Positions 9,300 through 16,578 of a DNA stretch of 64,000 bases are shown in pieces. Under the pieces are notes generated by a model. The model did not search any database. It was not told the DNA's origin and worked only from the letters and a program-made list of their open reading frames with translations. The stretch is taken from positions 16,581 to 80,580 of the forward strand of contig CACBBU010000005.1 of assembly GCA_902537615.1 (NCBI GenBank), given 5' to 3'. Each line of letters opens with the position of its first letter. Positions within the stretch are counted from its first letter, which is position 1. Both the position numbers and the translations under genes were made by a program. The DNA comes from an uncultured Alphaproteobacteria bacterium. Lineage in GTDB: Bacteria > Pseudomonadota > Alphaproteobacteria > Methylaequorales > Methylaequoraceae.

Positions 9300-9956
9300 C
9301 TATTGTTGACTAGGTTCCTCTTTTTTAGTTGCACTAGTAGGAGATGTGATATCAGTTTTTATATTTATATTTTGAGCGGAAACTTTATCAAGAGAACCAT
9401 TTGGCTTTGTAGCTTTTAATTTGTTTGATTTCGATGGTTTCTTGGGTTTCATCAAACTGATTTTTTTATTCAACTTTTTATTGTTATTTTTTAGTTTGCT
9501 TATCGTCTTTTTTGGTTTTTTTAGTTTGCTCACTAATTTTTTATTAGTATTTTTGAGCTTACTAATTGTCTTTTTTGGTTTTTTTAGTTTGCTCGCTAAT
9601 TTTTTATTTATATTTTTGAGCTTACTAATTGTTTTTTTTGGTTTTTTTAATTTACCCTCTAATTTTTTTTTTGACTTTTTTAATATATCAAGTTTTTTAA
9701 GAGGTTTGTTTAACTTTATAACTTTAGCTTTTAAGTTTGCATTCTTTTTTTTTAAACTTTTAATAGCTTTTTTTGCATCAGATTTCTTTTTGACGCTTTC
9801 AATTGCTAAGCAACTTAGACCTACAAATTTTGGCAATTTCTTAGATCTTTTTAACTTTTTTGGATCTAGACCAGTTAATTTAGCAAATCTTTTATTTGAT
9901 ATTTTGTTTTTTTTTTCCCAGCGTTGAAGCTGTTTAGGTTTTGTTAATAATTTCAT
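9300..9956 (-). CDS. Lysine-rich (74/218) protein with a degenerate XRE-HTH-like N-terminus and 21-aa heptad repeats
   Basis: SD-like AGAGAGGA upstream; its own sigma70 promoter; N-terminus resembles the 67-aa HTH at 10550. Confidence 0.7.
   Translation of the reverse strand: MKLLTKPKQLQRWEKKNKISNKRFAKLTGLDPKKLKRSKKLPKFVGLSCLAIESVKKKSDAKKAIKSLKKKNANLKAKVIKLNKPLKKLDILKKSKKKLEGKLKKPKKTISKLKNINKKLASKLKKPKKTISKLKNTNKKLVSKLKKPKKTISKLKNNNKKLNKKISLMKPKKPSKSNKLKATKPNGSLDKVSAQNINIKTDITSPTSATKKEEPSQQ
9465..9653 (-). repeat. Three 63-bp coding tandem repeats (KLKKPKKTISKLKNxNKKLxx), plus a degenerate unit extending to ~9716
   Basis: Read directly in the translation, aa 102-164. Confidence 0.9.
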
Positions 9957-9994
9957 TAATTTCCTCTCTTTAAATAGTTAAATTATCAGTGCTT

Positions 9995-10022
9995 ATTGTA
10001 CGCACTTATTGCGTAATGTCAA
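9995..10022 (-). promoter_or_regulatory. Sigma70 promoter TTGACA-16-TACAAT with operator TACGCA-N5-TGCGTA (9999-10015) filling the spacer
   Basis: Minus strand TTGACA TTACGCAATAAGTGCG TACAAT. Confidence 0.75.
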
Positions 10023-10033
10023 TATGTTATTAC

Positions 10034-10333
10034 TCAGAAATTCTTAATTATATTATTAATTTCAATTCGATTGAATAATTTGTCATTGGAGGTTTTCTTG
10101 AAGTAATCAAGCTGACTATGGGTTAAGCAAATAGTAATCTTTTTTTCTAGAGTTATCCCATTATTTTCAAAATTACTAGAAGCTTTTAACTTTCCATTAA
10201 TAATTCTCGAAGTGTACGTACAGACTACTTCTGAATTGTGTCTAAAAGAATTATCTGCTTCAATATCTTTAATAAAACCCTCAGAATCATAGAGTGGTCC
10301 AATAAAGGTTATGAAAACTAACACCCAATTCAT
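10034..10333 (-). CDS. Hypothetical 99-aa protein with a hydrophobic N-terminus and two Cys
   Basis: ORF track; start overlaps the stop of an upstream sORF (ATGA). Confidence 0.55.
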   Translation of the reverse strand: MNWVLVFITFIGPLYDSEGFIKDIEADNSFRHNSEVVCTYTSRIINGKLKASSNFENNGITLEKKITICLTHSQLDYFKKTSNDKLFNRIEINNIIKNF

Positions 10334-10407
10334 TTATTAACTTTTTTTTTGTCCTGAGTTTTTTTTTTGTTTAATACAAATTGCCAATATACTAAATGTC
10401 CAAGCAT
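10330..10407 (-). CDS. Unannotated 25-aa small ORF MLGHLVYWQFVLNKKKTQDKKKVNK
   Basis: GAAAGGA SD 5 nt before ATG; stop overlaps the start of the 99-aa ORF. Confidence 0.45.
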   Translation of the reverse strand: MLGHLVYWQFVLNKKKTQDKKKVNK

Positions 10408-10432
10408 ATAAATCCTTTCAAAGTTTTATCCA

Positions 10433-10488
10433 CACGCAATATTTGCGCACTATAATTAATAAATACGCACCAATTGCGTATTTGTCAA
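10433..10488. promoter_or_regulatory. Two more operator palindromes (10433-10449 imperfect; 10461-10483 AAATACGCA-N5-TGCGTATTT) and a minus-strand TTGACA (10483-10488)
   Basis: Same core and spacer length as the 9999-10015 site; in the divergent intergenic region upstream of the XRE gene. Confidence 0.75.
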
Positions 10489-10549
10489 TATTATTTTTTA
10501 TATTTGTTTGTTTTTATTATTTATCTATACTTAAAAACTGGTCGAATTC

Positions 10550-10753
10550 ATGAATAACGAGCAATTCAAAAAATGGAGAAAAAAGCACAATTTGTCTCAA
10601 TCAGAGGCTGCTATTACCCTTGGTTTAAAAAGGAGGATGATTCAGTATTATGAAAAAGGAAAAAAGGGGGAGAAAGATGTGAAAATTCCAAAATATATCA
10701 AATTAGCTTGTGAAGCCATTGATCTTAAGAAAAAATTAAAAAAAATGATTTAG
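10550..10753 (+). CDS. Small XRE/Cro-family helix-turn-helix regulator
   Basis: FKKWRKKHNLSQSEAAITLGLKRRMIQYYEKG is a typical XRE HTH pattern. Confidence 0.85.
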   Translation: MNNEQFKKWRKKHNLSQSEAAITLGLKRRMIQYYEKGKKGEKDVKIPKYIKLACEAIDLKKKLKKMI

Positions 10754-10771
10754 TTAAAAGGAGTAAAATAA

Positions 10772-11314
10772 ATGAGTAAGAGTTTTGTAATGAAAATTGG
10801 GGAGTCTTTAGTTGCAGGAGGGCCTCCAGGAACCGCAGCGGAGCCAGAAGTAGTTATTGGTGAATTAGACGGTCCCTTTGGGACTGCTTTTGCTACTCTT
10901 ATTGGAAACCAGATCAAAGGCCATACTAAGGTCCTGGCAATAATGAATACTGATGTTATGGTAAAGCCCGCAACCCTTATGGTTAGCAAAGTTACAGTTA
11001 AGGATGATAAATACACCAATATTTTAATGGGAACAGTACAGGGCGCGATTGCTAATGGTGTTTTAGATTCAGTTAAAGAAGGATATATACCCAAAGATAG
11101 GGCAAATGATTTGGGAATAATAGTTTCTGTCTGGTTAAATCCCTTAGTAGCTAAGGATGAGAGTCTAGATCATAAAATACTTTTTGATATTCATAGGAAG
11201 GCAACAACTAATGCTATTAAAAAAGCTATGACCAATGAACCTTCTATAGATTGGTTGTTAGAAAACCAGGACTCGATTATTCATAAATACTATCAAAAAG
11301 AACTAGATAAATAA
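10772..11314 (+). CDS. fae: Formaldehyde-activating enzyme family protein (divergent Fae2/Fae3-type paralogue)
   Basis: GESLV...IG.LDGPFGTAFA, KPATLMVSKVT, GTVQGAIANGVLDSV.EG.IP and EPSIDWLL motifs; AAAGGAG SD. Confidence 0.85.
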   Translation: MSKSFVMKIGESLVAGGPPGTAAEPEVVIGELDGPFGTAFATLIGNQIKGHTKVLAIMNTDVMVKPATLMVSKVTVKDDKYTNILMGTVQGAIANGVLDSVKEGYIPKDRANDLGIIVSVWLNPLVAKDESLDHKILFDIHRKATTNAIKKAMTNEPSIDWLLENQDSIIHKYYQKELDK

Positions 11315-11316
11315 TA

Positions 11317-11379
11317 GTGTATATGCACTTATAATATGTAAGCACAAATTATTATTTAAGTGCATACGCACATTTTTTT
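11317..11379 (+). terminator. Long-stem hairpin with a T tract after fae; probable terminator
   Basis: GTGTATATGCACTTA (11317-11331) pairs with TAAGTGCATACGCAC (11357-11371), followed by T7. Confidence 0.55.
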
Positions 11380-11429
11380 CTTTTTATATAATAACTAGTG
11401 GCGATTTAAATAAGTGTATAAGCACTTAC

Positions 11430-12827
11430 TTAGATTAGATGCTTTGTGATTATGACTGTGAAGGTTATTAAAACCAAAAGCAAAGAAAGAAAAACGGCAG
11501 CACTTCCAAGATCCTTGGCACGCTTAGATAAATCATGTTGAGAAAAAGAGATCCTATCAATAGCTGCTTCAACACTAGAGTTAAGAAGTTCAACTATTAA
11601 TAAAATTAACAAGCTACCAATCATTAATATTTTTTCAATTGGAGATGTAGGAAAAAAAAATATGGAGGGAAAAAGAAGTACACTCAATAGAAGCTCTTGC
11701 CTGAAAGCGCTTTCCTCTTTAAAAGCAAAAACAAAACCGGACAGACTATTTATCAATGCAAAAAAAAGTCTTTTAAATCCAGTGTTCTTTTTGTGAGGAT
11801 TATCATTAAAAATATAAGTTTTCGGATTTCTTTTAGATGCGATTTGTAAATTTGATTCAAATATACTAGCCACTCGTTCCCACTTAAATTTCTTTGCATG
11901 GTTAATTGGCACTGAGGGTTTAATTTGAATTGCCTTCTCGCAAGCTTTTTGTAAACTTTTATCCAAAACTCCAGCACCACTGTTACCAATTACATTTAGA
12001 GGACCTGAAACGGGAAAAGCTGCTACAGGAAGCCCACATGCCATAGCTTCAAGAATAACAAGGCCAAAGGTATCAGTTTTACTAGGAAAAACAAAAAGAT
12101 CGGCTTTTCCATAAAGATTAGGAAGTTCTTTGGGCGACTTTTGTCCAAAAAACCTAACATTAGGGTATTTTTTTTCCAATTTACGTTTATCCGGACCATC
12201 ACCAACTACCCATTTGTCACAATTAATATTGAGACTAAGGAATTCTTCAAGATTTTTTTCAACAGCAACGCGTCCAACATTTATCAAAATTGGCCTGGAA
12301 TTTTTAATTTTTTTTTTTGGTGGCTTAAACAAGCTTGTATCAACTCCTCGAGGCCATTCTGTTGTGTTTTTAATACCCCAATCACTTAATTCCTCCATAA
12401 TAGATTTAGTTGGTGTTAAAATTTTGTAAGCTTTATTGTGAAACCATCTCAAGTAGCTGTAACTTAAAGAAAGTGGTAATCTTGACCTTTCATAAATATA
12501 TTCCGCAAATCGTGTATGAAAAGATGTCGTATAAGTAAAACCATTTTTTACAACAAAATTCCTAGCAGCAAGGCCAAGGGGACCCTCCGTTACAATATGA
12601 ATAGCATCCGGTAAAAAGTCTTTGATCATTTTTTTTACTTTATTGTAAGGAAATAAAGCAAGACGAATCTCCGGATATGTGGGACAGGGAAAAGTATTGA
12701 AAAGGTTTGGAGTAATCATTTGAACATGGTGGCCTCTTTTTTCTAGTATTCTTTTAGTATGACTTAAGGTGTGAACAACGCCGTTGACTTGGGGCATCCA
12801 CGCATCTGAAATTATGGATATTTTCAT
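11430..12827 (-). CDS. Fusion of a GT4 glycosyltransferase (Agt-like glycolipid synthase) and diacylglycerol kinase DgkA
   Basis: N-terminal DAWMPQVNGV, VGRVAVEKN and FPSKTDTFGLVILEAMACG; C-terminal ~119 aa EESAFRQE, ELLNSSVEAAIDRI and RAKDLGSAAV. Confidence 0.9.
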   Translation of the reverse strand: MKISIISDAWMPQVNGVVHTLSHTKRILEKRGHHVQMITPNLFNTFPCPTYPEIRLALFPYNKVKKMIKDFLPDAIHIVTEGPLGLAARNFVVKNGFTYTTSFHTRFAEYIYERSRLPLSLSYSYLRWFHNKAYKILTPTKSIMEELSDWGIKNTTEWPRGVDTSLFKPPKKKIKNSRPILINVGRVAVEKNLEEFLSLNINCDKWVVGDGPDKRKLEKKYPNVRFFGQKSPKELPNLYGKADLFVFPSKTDTFGLVILEAMACGLPVAAFPVSGPLNVIGNSGAGVLDKSLQKACEKAIQIKPSVPINHAKKFKWERVASIFESNLQIASKRNPKTYIFNDNPHKKNTGFKRLFFALINSLSGFVFAFKEESAFRQELLLSVLLFPSIFFFPTSPIEKILMIGSLLILLIVELLNSSVEAAIDRISFSQHDLSKRAKDLGSAAVFLSLLLVLITFTVIITKHLI

Positions 12828-12834
12828 TGCTCTT

Positions 12835-13638
12835 TTAAATTTTCGAGTGTGTTAAAATTAATTTGTTGTGTTGTTGCTTAACTTTCTCAGACCAATCAAT
12901 TATCTCTAGTGTCCCATCATAATTCTCAACCAAAGCAGTTAGGGATTCAACCCAATCACCATCATTAGCATAGATTATCCCATCAATTATTTTTAACTCT
13001 GCTTTGTGTATATGACCACACACAACCCCATCATAGCCTCTTCTTTTTGCCTCTTTAGCCATTATCTGTTCGTAAGCTGTAACAAATGATACAGCTTTTT
13101 TTACTTTATGTTTTAAATACTGAGATAGAGACCAATAGGGTAACTTAAAGAATCTTCTGAACTTGTTAAATAGCGTATTAATTTTTATTAAGGCTACATA
13201 GCCCTTATCACCTAAATAAGCAAGCCATTTGGCATGTTTTATTATGCCATCAAATTGGTCACCATGAATAGTCCAAAGTTTTTTTCCTTTAATTGTTTTA
13301 TGAATAGCGTATTTCATAATTTTTATGTCACCAAAGTTTACACCAATATATTTGCGGGCAGCCTCATCATGATTTCCAGGTATAAAAATAACTTTGATAC
13401 CTTTTCTAGCTTTTCTAAGAAGTTTTTGAACAACGTCGTTGTGCGATTGTGGCCAATACCATTTTTTTTTAAGTCTCCAACCATCAACAATATCACCGAC
13501 CAAGTATATAGTTTCAGTTTTAATTTGTTTAAGAAAGTCTAATAACAGTTCTGACTTGCAACCAGAAGTTCCAAGGTGTAGGTCAGAAATCCAAACAGTC
13601 CTGTATCCTTTTTTTATTTTGGTGGAATATCCATCCAT
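12835..13638 (-). CDS. plcP: PlcP-type metallophosphoesterase (phospholipase C of lipid remodelling; LpxH-like fold)
   Basis: SDLHLG, GDIVDGW, GNHDE, HGD, GHIH and NDGDWVES motifs; adjacent to a GT4 gene and a Pho box. Confidence 0.85.
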   Translation of the reverse strand: MDGYSTKIKKGYRTVWISDLHLGTSGCKSELLLDFLKQIKTETIYLVGDIVDGWRLKKKWYWPQSHNDVVQKLLRKARKGIKVIFIPGNHDEAARKYIGVNFGDIKIMKYAIHKTIKGKKLWTIHGDQFDGIIKHAKWLAYLGDKGYVALIKINTLFNKFRRFFKLPYWSLSQYLKHKVKKAVSFVTAYEQIMAKEAKRRGYDGVVCGHIHKAELKIIDGIIYANDGDWVESLTALVENYDGTLEIIDWSEKVKQQHNKLILTHSKI

Positions 13639-13660
13639 GTTAAATTAATAACAATATTTT

Positions 13661-13678
13661 GTGTCAAAATTATTACAA
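13661..13678 (-). promoter_or_regulatory. Degenerate Pho box upstream of plcP
   Basis: Minus strand TTGTAAT-AATT-TTGACAC; 22 nt from the ATG, the same distance as the gap box. Confidence 0.6.
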
Positions 13679-13693
13679 AAAACTATATATAGT

Positions 13694-13717
13694 AAAAAAG
13701 GCCCCGAAGGGCCTTTT
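13694..13717 (-). terminator. Rho-independent terminator of the porin gene
   Basis: Minus strand AAAAGGCCC-TTCG-GGGCCTTTTTT. Confidence 0.9.
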
Positions 13718-13745
13718 ATTTAGGGTAAGGAAAGGAAATTAGCGA

Positions 13746-15173
13746 CTACCATTTCAGGTGTAGTCTTGCTTGTATGGTAGATATGTCAGATGGTGTACCT
13801 CTAGCATTATCATAATCATATTCACCGTAAGCATACTCAAGCATGGCTCTAACATTGGAATTAAAGTAGTGGTTAAAACCAACAGTATGAACTTGTCCAG
13901 CTCCACCGCCACCATCACGTGAACCTACGCCTGTGCCAACATTGTCAAAGTCATTAGCGTCAATCCATTCATACTGATACTTAGGAACAAAACAATGCCT
14001 TTTACATTTTAGACCACCGACGGCTCCTTTTTTTCCGCTATGCTTATACTTACCAGTAATCGCATAAGAAAGACTAGCCGAACCACCATAAATATTGTAA
14101 TCATCACGAGTCCCAAGACCACTATTGCGTGGATCAAATGTATATTTACCGATTTGATATTCGGCTTGAAACAATAAAGCATCATTAAAAATCATGGACA
14201 ATTGAGGACCATGAAATGTATGACTTTCTGCGCTTGTTAAATTACCAATATCAATAGGCTTATCAACAAAAGTATGAACACCGTTGGCCCTAGCACTGTT
14301 TGTATCATAGGTTTCAGAACCAGACATATTTAAGTATCCAAAATGATACCCAAATAGGGTAGATAAAGGACCACCTACTAATGGCGTGTCACTTTTATAA
14401 TGATAGTGAGCAGCGATACTAGCTCCGTAATGTTCACTTTCATTATCACCATTTCCTGGTACACCACTATCACCGATGGGTTGAACCAAACCTGACTCTA
14501 GACCACTAAAAATACCCATTTTAGCGTGAAATTGTTTACCAAGAGCCCCAGAAGTATCATAAACTATACCCATTCTTTGAGCAAAATTCATCATCTCGTT
14601 ATGAAGAGGTCTTTCCATGAAGATAAGGTTGTTAGAACTCGTATTCTCATAAAGACCTTGACCACTTTTTACGTTACCGAAAGAAAGTTTACCAACTCCT
14701 TTAATGCTTTTAGAGATAAAGGCATCTTTAATAACTACATTTCTAACCTTGGAGTTGTTAGTTCCTTCAGCAAAATCAGGTTGGATAACCCAAGCCCATC
14801 CATTACCAATTTTACCTTTAATATCAAATCTCAGCCTTCTGAATTCAGCACCAAAACCGTTTCCAGTTTCATGCTGAGTCATGTTACTATTACCTGATTC
14901 ATAATCTATCAATTGGGTTAAATCATACATCATACGACCACCAATTTTAAATTCGTATTTTCCATCTGAACTTTTGATGCTCAGCCCTTTACCTTTTTTA
15001 AAATAAGCTTTGCTATCTCCAGAACCTTTAGACATTTCTTGTTTCATTTTTAGAACTTCATTTTGCAAAGCATCGATTTGTGCACCATAGTCTTGAGCAC
15101 TTGCTGTACCAATGAAAGCTCCTGTAGCCATTACAGCTAATCCAGCATAATATTTATTCATTTCTTTCCTCAT
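13746..15173 (-). CDS. OprO/OprP-like phosphate-selective porin
   Basis: Signal peptide, N-terminal coiled coil, EFRRLRF, TSSNNLIFMERP and NHYFNSNVRAM motifs, C-terminal Trp; true start may be the second Met (15161). Confidence 0.8.
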   Translation of the reverse strand: MRKEMNKYYAGLAVMATGAFIGTASAQDYGAQIDALQNEVLKMKQEMSKGSGDSKAYFKKGKGLSIKSSDGKYEFKIGGRMMYDLTQLIDYESGNSNMTQHETGNGFGAEFRRLRFDIKGKIGNGWAWVIQPDFAEGTNNSKVRNVVIKDAFISKSIKGVGKLSFGNVKSGQGLYENTSSNNLIFMERPLHNEMMNFAQRMGIVYDTSGALGKQFHAKMGIFSGLESGLVQPIGDSGVPGNGDNESEHYGASIAAHYHYKSDTPLVGGPLSTLFGYHFGYLNMSGSETYDTNSARANGVHTFVDKPIDIGNLTSAESHTFHGPQLSMIFNDALLFQAEYQIGKYTFDPRNSGLGTRDDYNIYGGSASLSYAITGKYKHSGKKGAVGGLKCKRHCFVPKYQYEWIDANDFDNVGTGVGSRDGGGGAGQVHTVGFNHYFNSNVRAMLEYAYGEYDYDNARGTPSDISTIQARLHLKW

Positions 15174-15218
15174 TTAATAAAATTAATAATGTTAAAGAAA
15201 AATTAGTATAATGATTCT

Positions 15219-15236
15219 GTAACAGTTTTATGACAA
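15219..15236 (-). promoter_or_regulatory. Pho box upstream of the porin
   Basis: Minus strand TTGTCAT-AAAA-CTGTTAC. Confidence 0.85.
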
Positions 15237-15273
15237 ATTAAATTTGAAAAAAAATTTAAGGATTTGTGTTGTA

Positions 15274-16542
15274 TTATTGCAACAAGTTAGGGCTATTAGT
15301 TTGAAATGTAACTAAAAATTTAGAACCTTTTCCGATTTCTGATTCAATGTGAAAATTAGCATTATGACGATTTAAAATATGCTTAACTATCGATAAGCCA
15401 AGACCTGTATTACCTGAATTTCTTGAACGAGAGGGATCGACTCTAAAAAATCTTTTTGTTAAAAGAGGAATATTTTGAGTTGTAACACCAATGCCAAAGT
15501 CCTCAACGGTTAAATTTACAACGTCTTTAATAATCTTGATACTTACCTCTATTGGTTTCTTTGATTGACTATGTGTAATGGCGTTTTCAATAATATTAAA
15601 AAAAACCTGATTAAGCTCTGATTCATCGCCGGTTATAAAAATTTCTTTTTTTGGAATTAAAAACTTACAATCAATTCGTTTAAATAATTTTCTTTCCTTA
15701 CAAATTTTTTGAACGTTTTTAAGAATATCGGTTAAATTTACTTTTTCATCAGGTGGACTAAATTCAGTTCTCTCAATTCGCGATAAAGATAGTAAGTCAT
15801 TCACAAGTCTTGACATTCGCTCAGCTTCGTTACCCATAGTTTTTAAAAAACTTTCTTTTATATTTTTTGTAGTGTTTTTTTCTGATAGAAGAGTTTCACA
15901 ATACCCAATAATCACAGAAATAGGGGTTTTTAGCTCATGACTGGCGTTAGCTATAAAATCTTTTTGCAGGTTTTGTAAATTATGTTCTGCAGTTGTATCA
16001 AAGAGTCTAATAAAACTTAATTTATTTTTACCCACATCTCTGCTCCCAGAAATCCAAATTTTATAAATTCTTTCGGATGGATAAATCAAGTCTACTTCTT
16101 TTTCAATTGGTTTTTTCTTTTTTTGTGATTCATCAATAAGATCACTAAGTTCAGGTATTCTGAGAACAGAAAAAATATTTTTGTTTTTAATATTTTCTCC
16201 AAGAAGTTGTCCACTTGCTGAATTAAACTCTATAACTTGAAGACGCTGATCTATAATTAAGAGGGGATCGGGAAAATGTTGAAAAAAATAATTAAAGAAA
16301 AAAACCCTTAATTGTTCAATCCTGTAGTTATCCTGATATTTTTTTAAAATACTATTTAAGTTAAAAATTATGGGTTCGTATAATTTAAAAAAAAATAACC
16401 GAGAGCTTTTGATTGGTTTGCCTGAAAAATTCTGTAAATTTTTAATTACACTTCTAAGATCTTTTAAGAAAAGAAAGATAAAAAGTAGACATACTAGTAA
16501 TATAAATATGAATACGATAATTATATCTTTATGAACAAACAT
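15274..16542 (-). CDS. phoR: Phosphate regulon sensor histidine kinase PhoR
   Basis: TM, PAS-like region, FIANASHELKTP, RFFRVDPSRSR..GNTGLGLSIVKH; Pho context. Confidence 0.85.
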   Translation of the reverse strand: MFVHKDIIIVFIFILLVCLLFIFLFLKDLRSVIKNLQNFSGKPIKSSRLFFFKLYEPIIFNLNSILKKYQDNYRIEQLRVFFFNYFFQHFPDPLLIIDQRLQVIEFNSASGQLLGENIKNKNIFSVLRIPELSDLIDESQKKKKPIEKEVDLIYPSERIYKIWISGSRDVGKNKLSFIRLFDTTAEHNLQNLQKDFIANASHELKTPISVIIGYCETLLSEKNTTKNIKESFLKTMGNEAERMSRLVNDLLSLSRIERTEFSPPDEKVNLTDILKNVQKICKERKLFKRIDCKFLIPKKEIFITGDESELNQVFFNIIENAITHSQSKKPIEVSIKIIKDVVNLTVEDFGIGVTTQNIPLLTKRFFRVDPSRSRNSGNTGLGLSIVKHILNRHNANFHIESEIGKGSKFLVTFQTNSPNLLQ

Positions 16543-16578
16543 AGAAATGTTTATATAGAAAATTAATGTTAAAGAAAA

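Noticed and set aside
9465-9716. 63-bp repeats as a CRISPR array
   Set aside because: They are contiguous in-frame coding repeats with no unique spacers, and there are no cas genes.
9421-9927. 168-aa very hydrophobic Phe/Leu-rich ORF on the plus strand that looks like a membrane protein
   Set aside because: It is the antisense shadow of the Lys-rich gene (AAA read as TTT). It has a TTG start and no SD, while the minus-strand gene has an SD, a promoter and an HTH-like head.
10426-10434. Perfect DnaA box TTATCCACA touching the third operator; possible oriC
   Set aside because: Single copy. About one is expected by chance in 64 kb at this composition, and there is no box cluster. A regulatory role cannot be excluded.
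9988-11428. Similar words AGTGCTTAT...CACTTATT at 9988-10010 and inverted at 11409-11426 as terminal inverted repeats of a mobile element
   Set aside because: The match needs a 5-nt gap, there is no transposase or target duplication, and each copy is explained by the operator/promoter or a small terminal hairpin.
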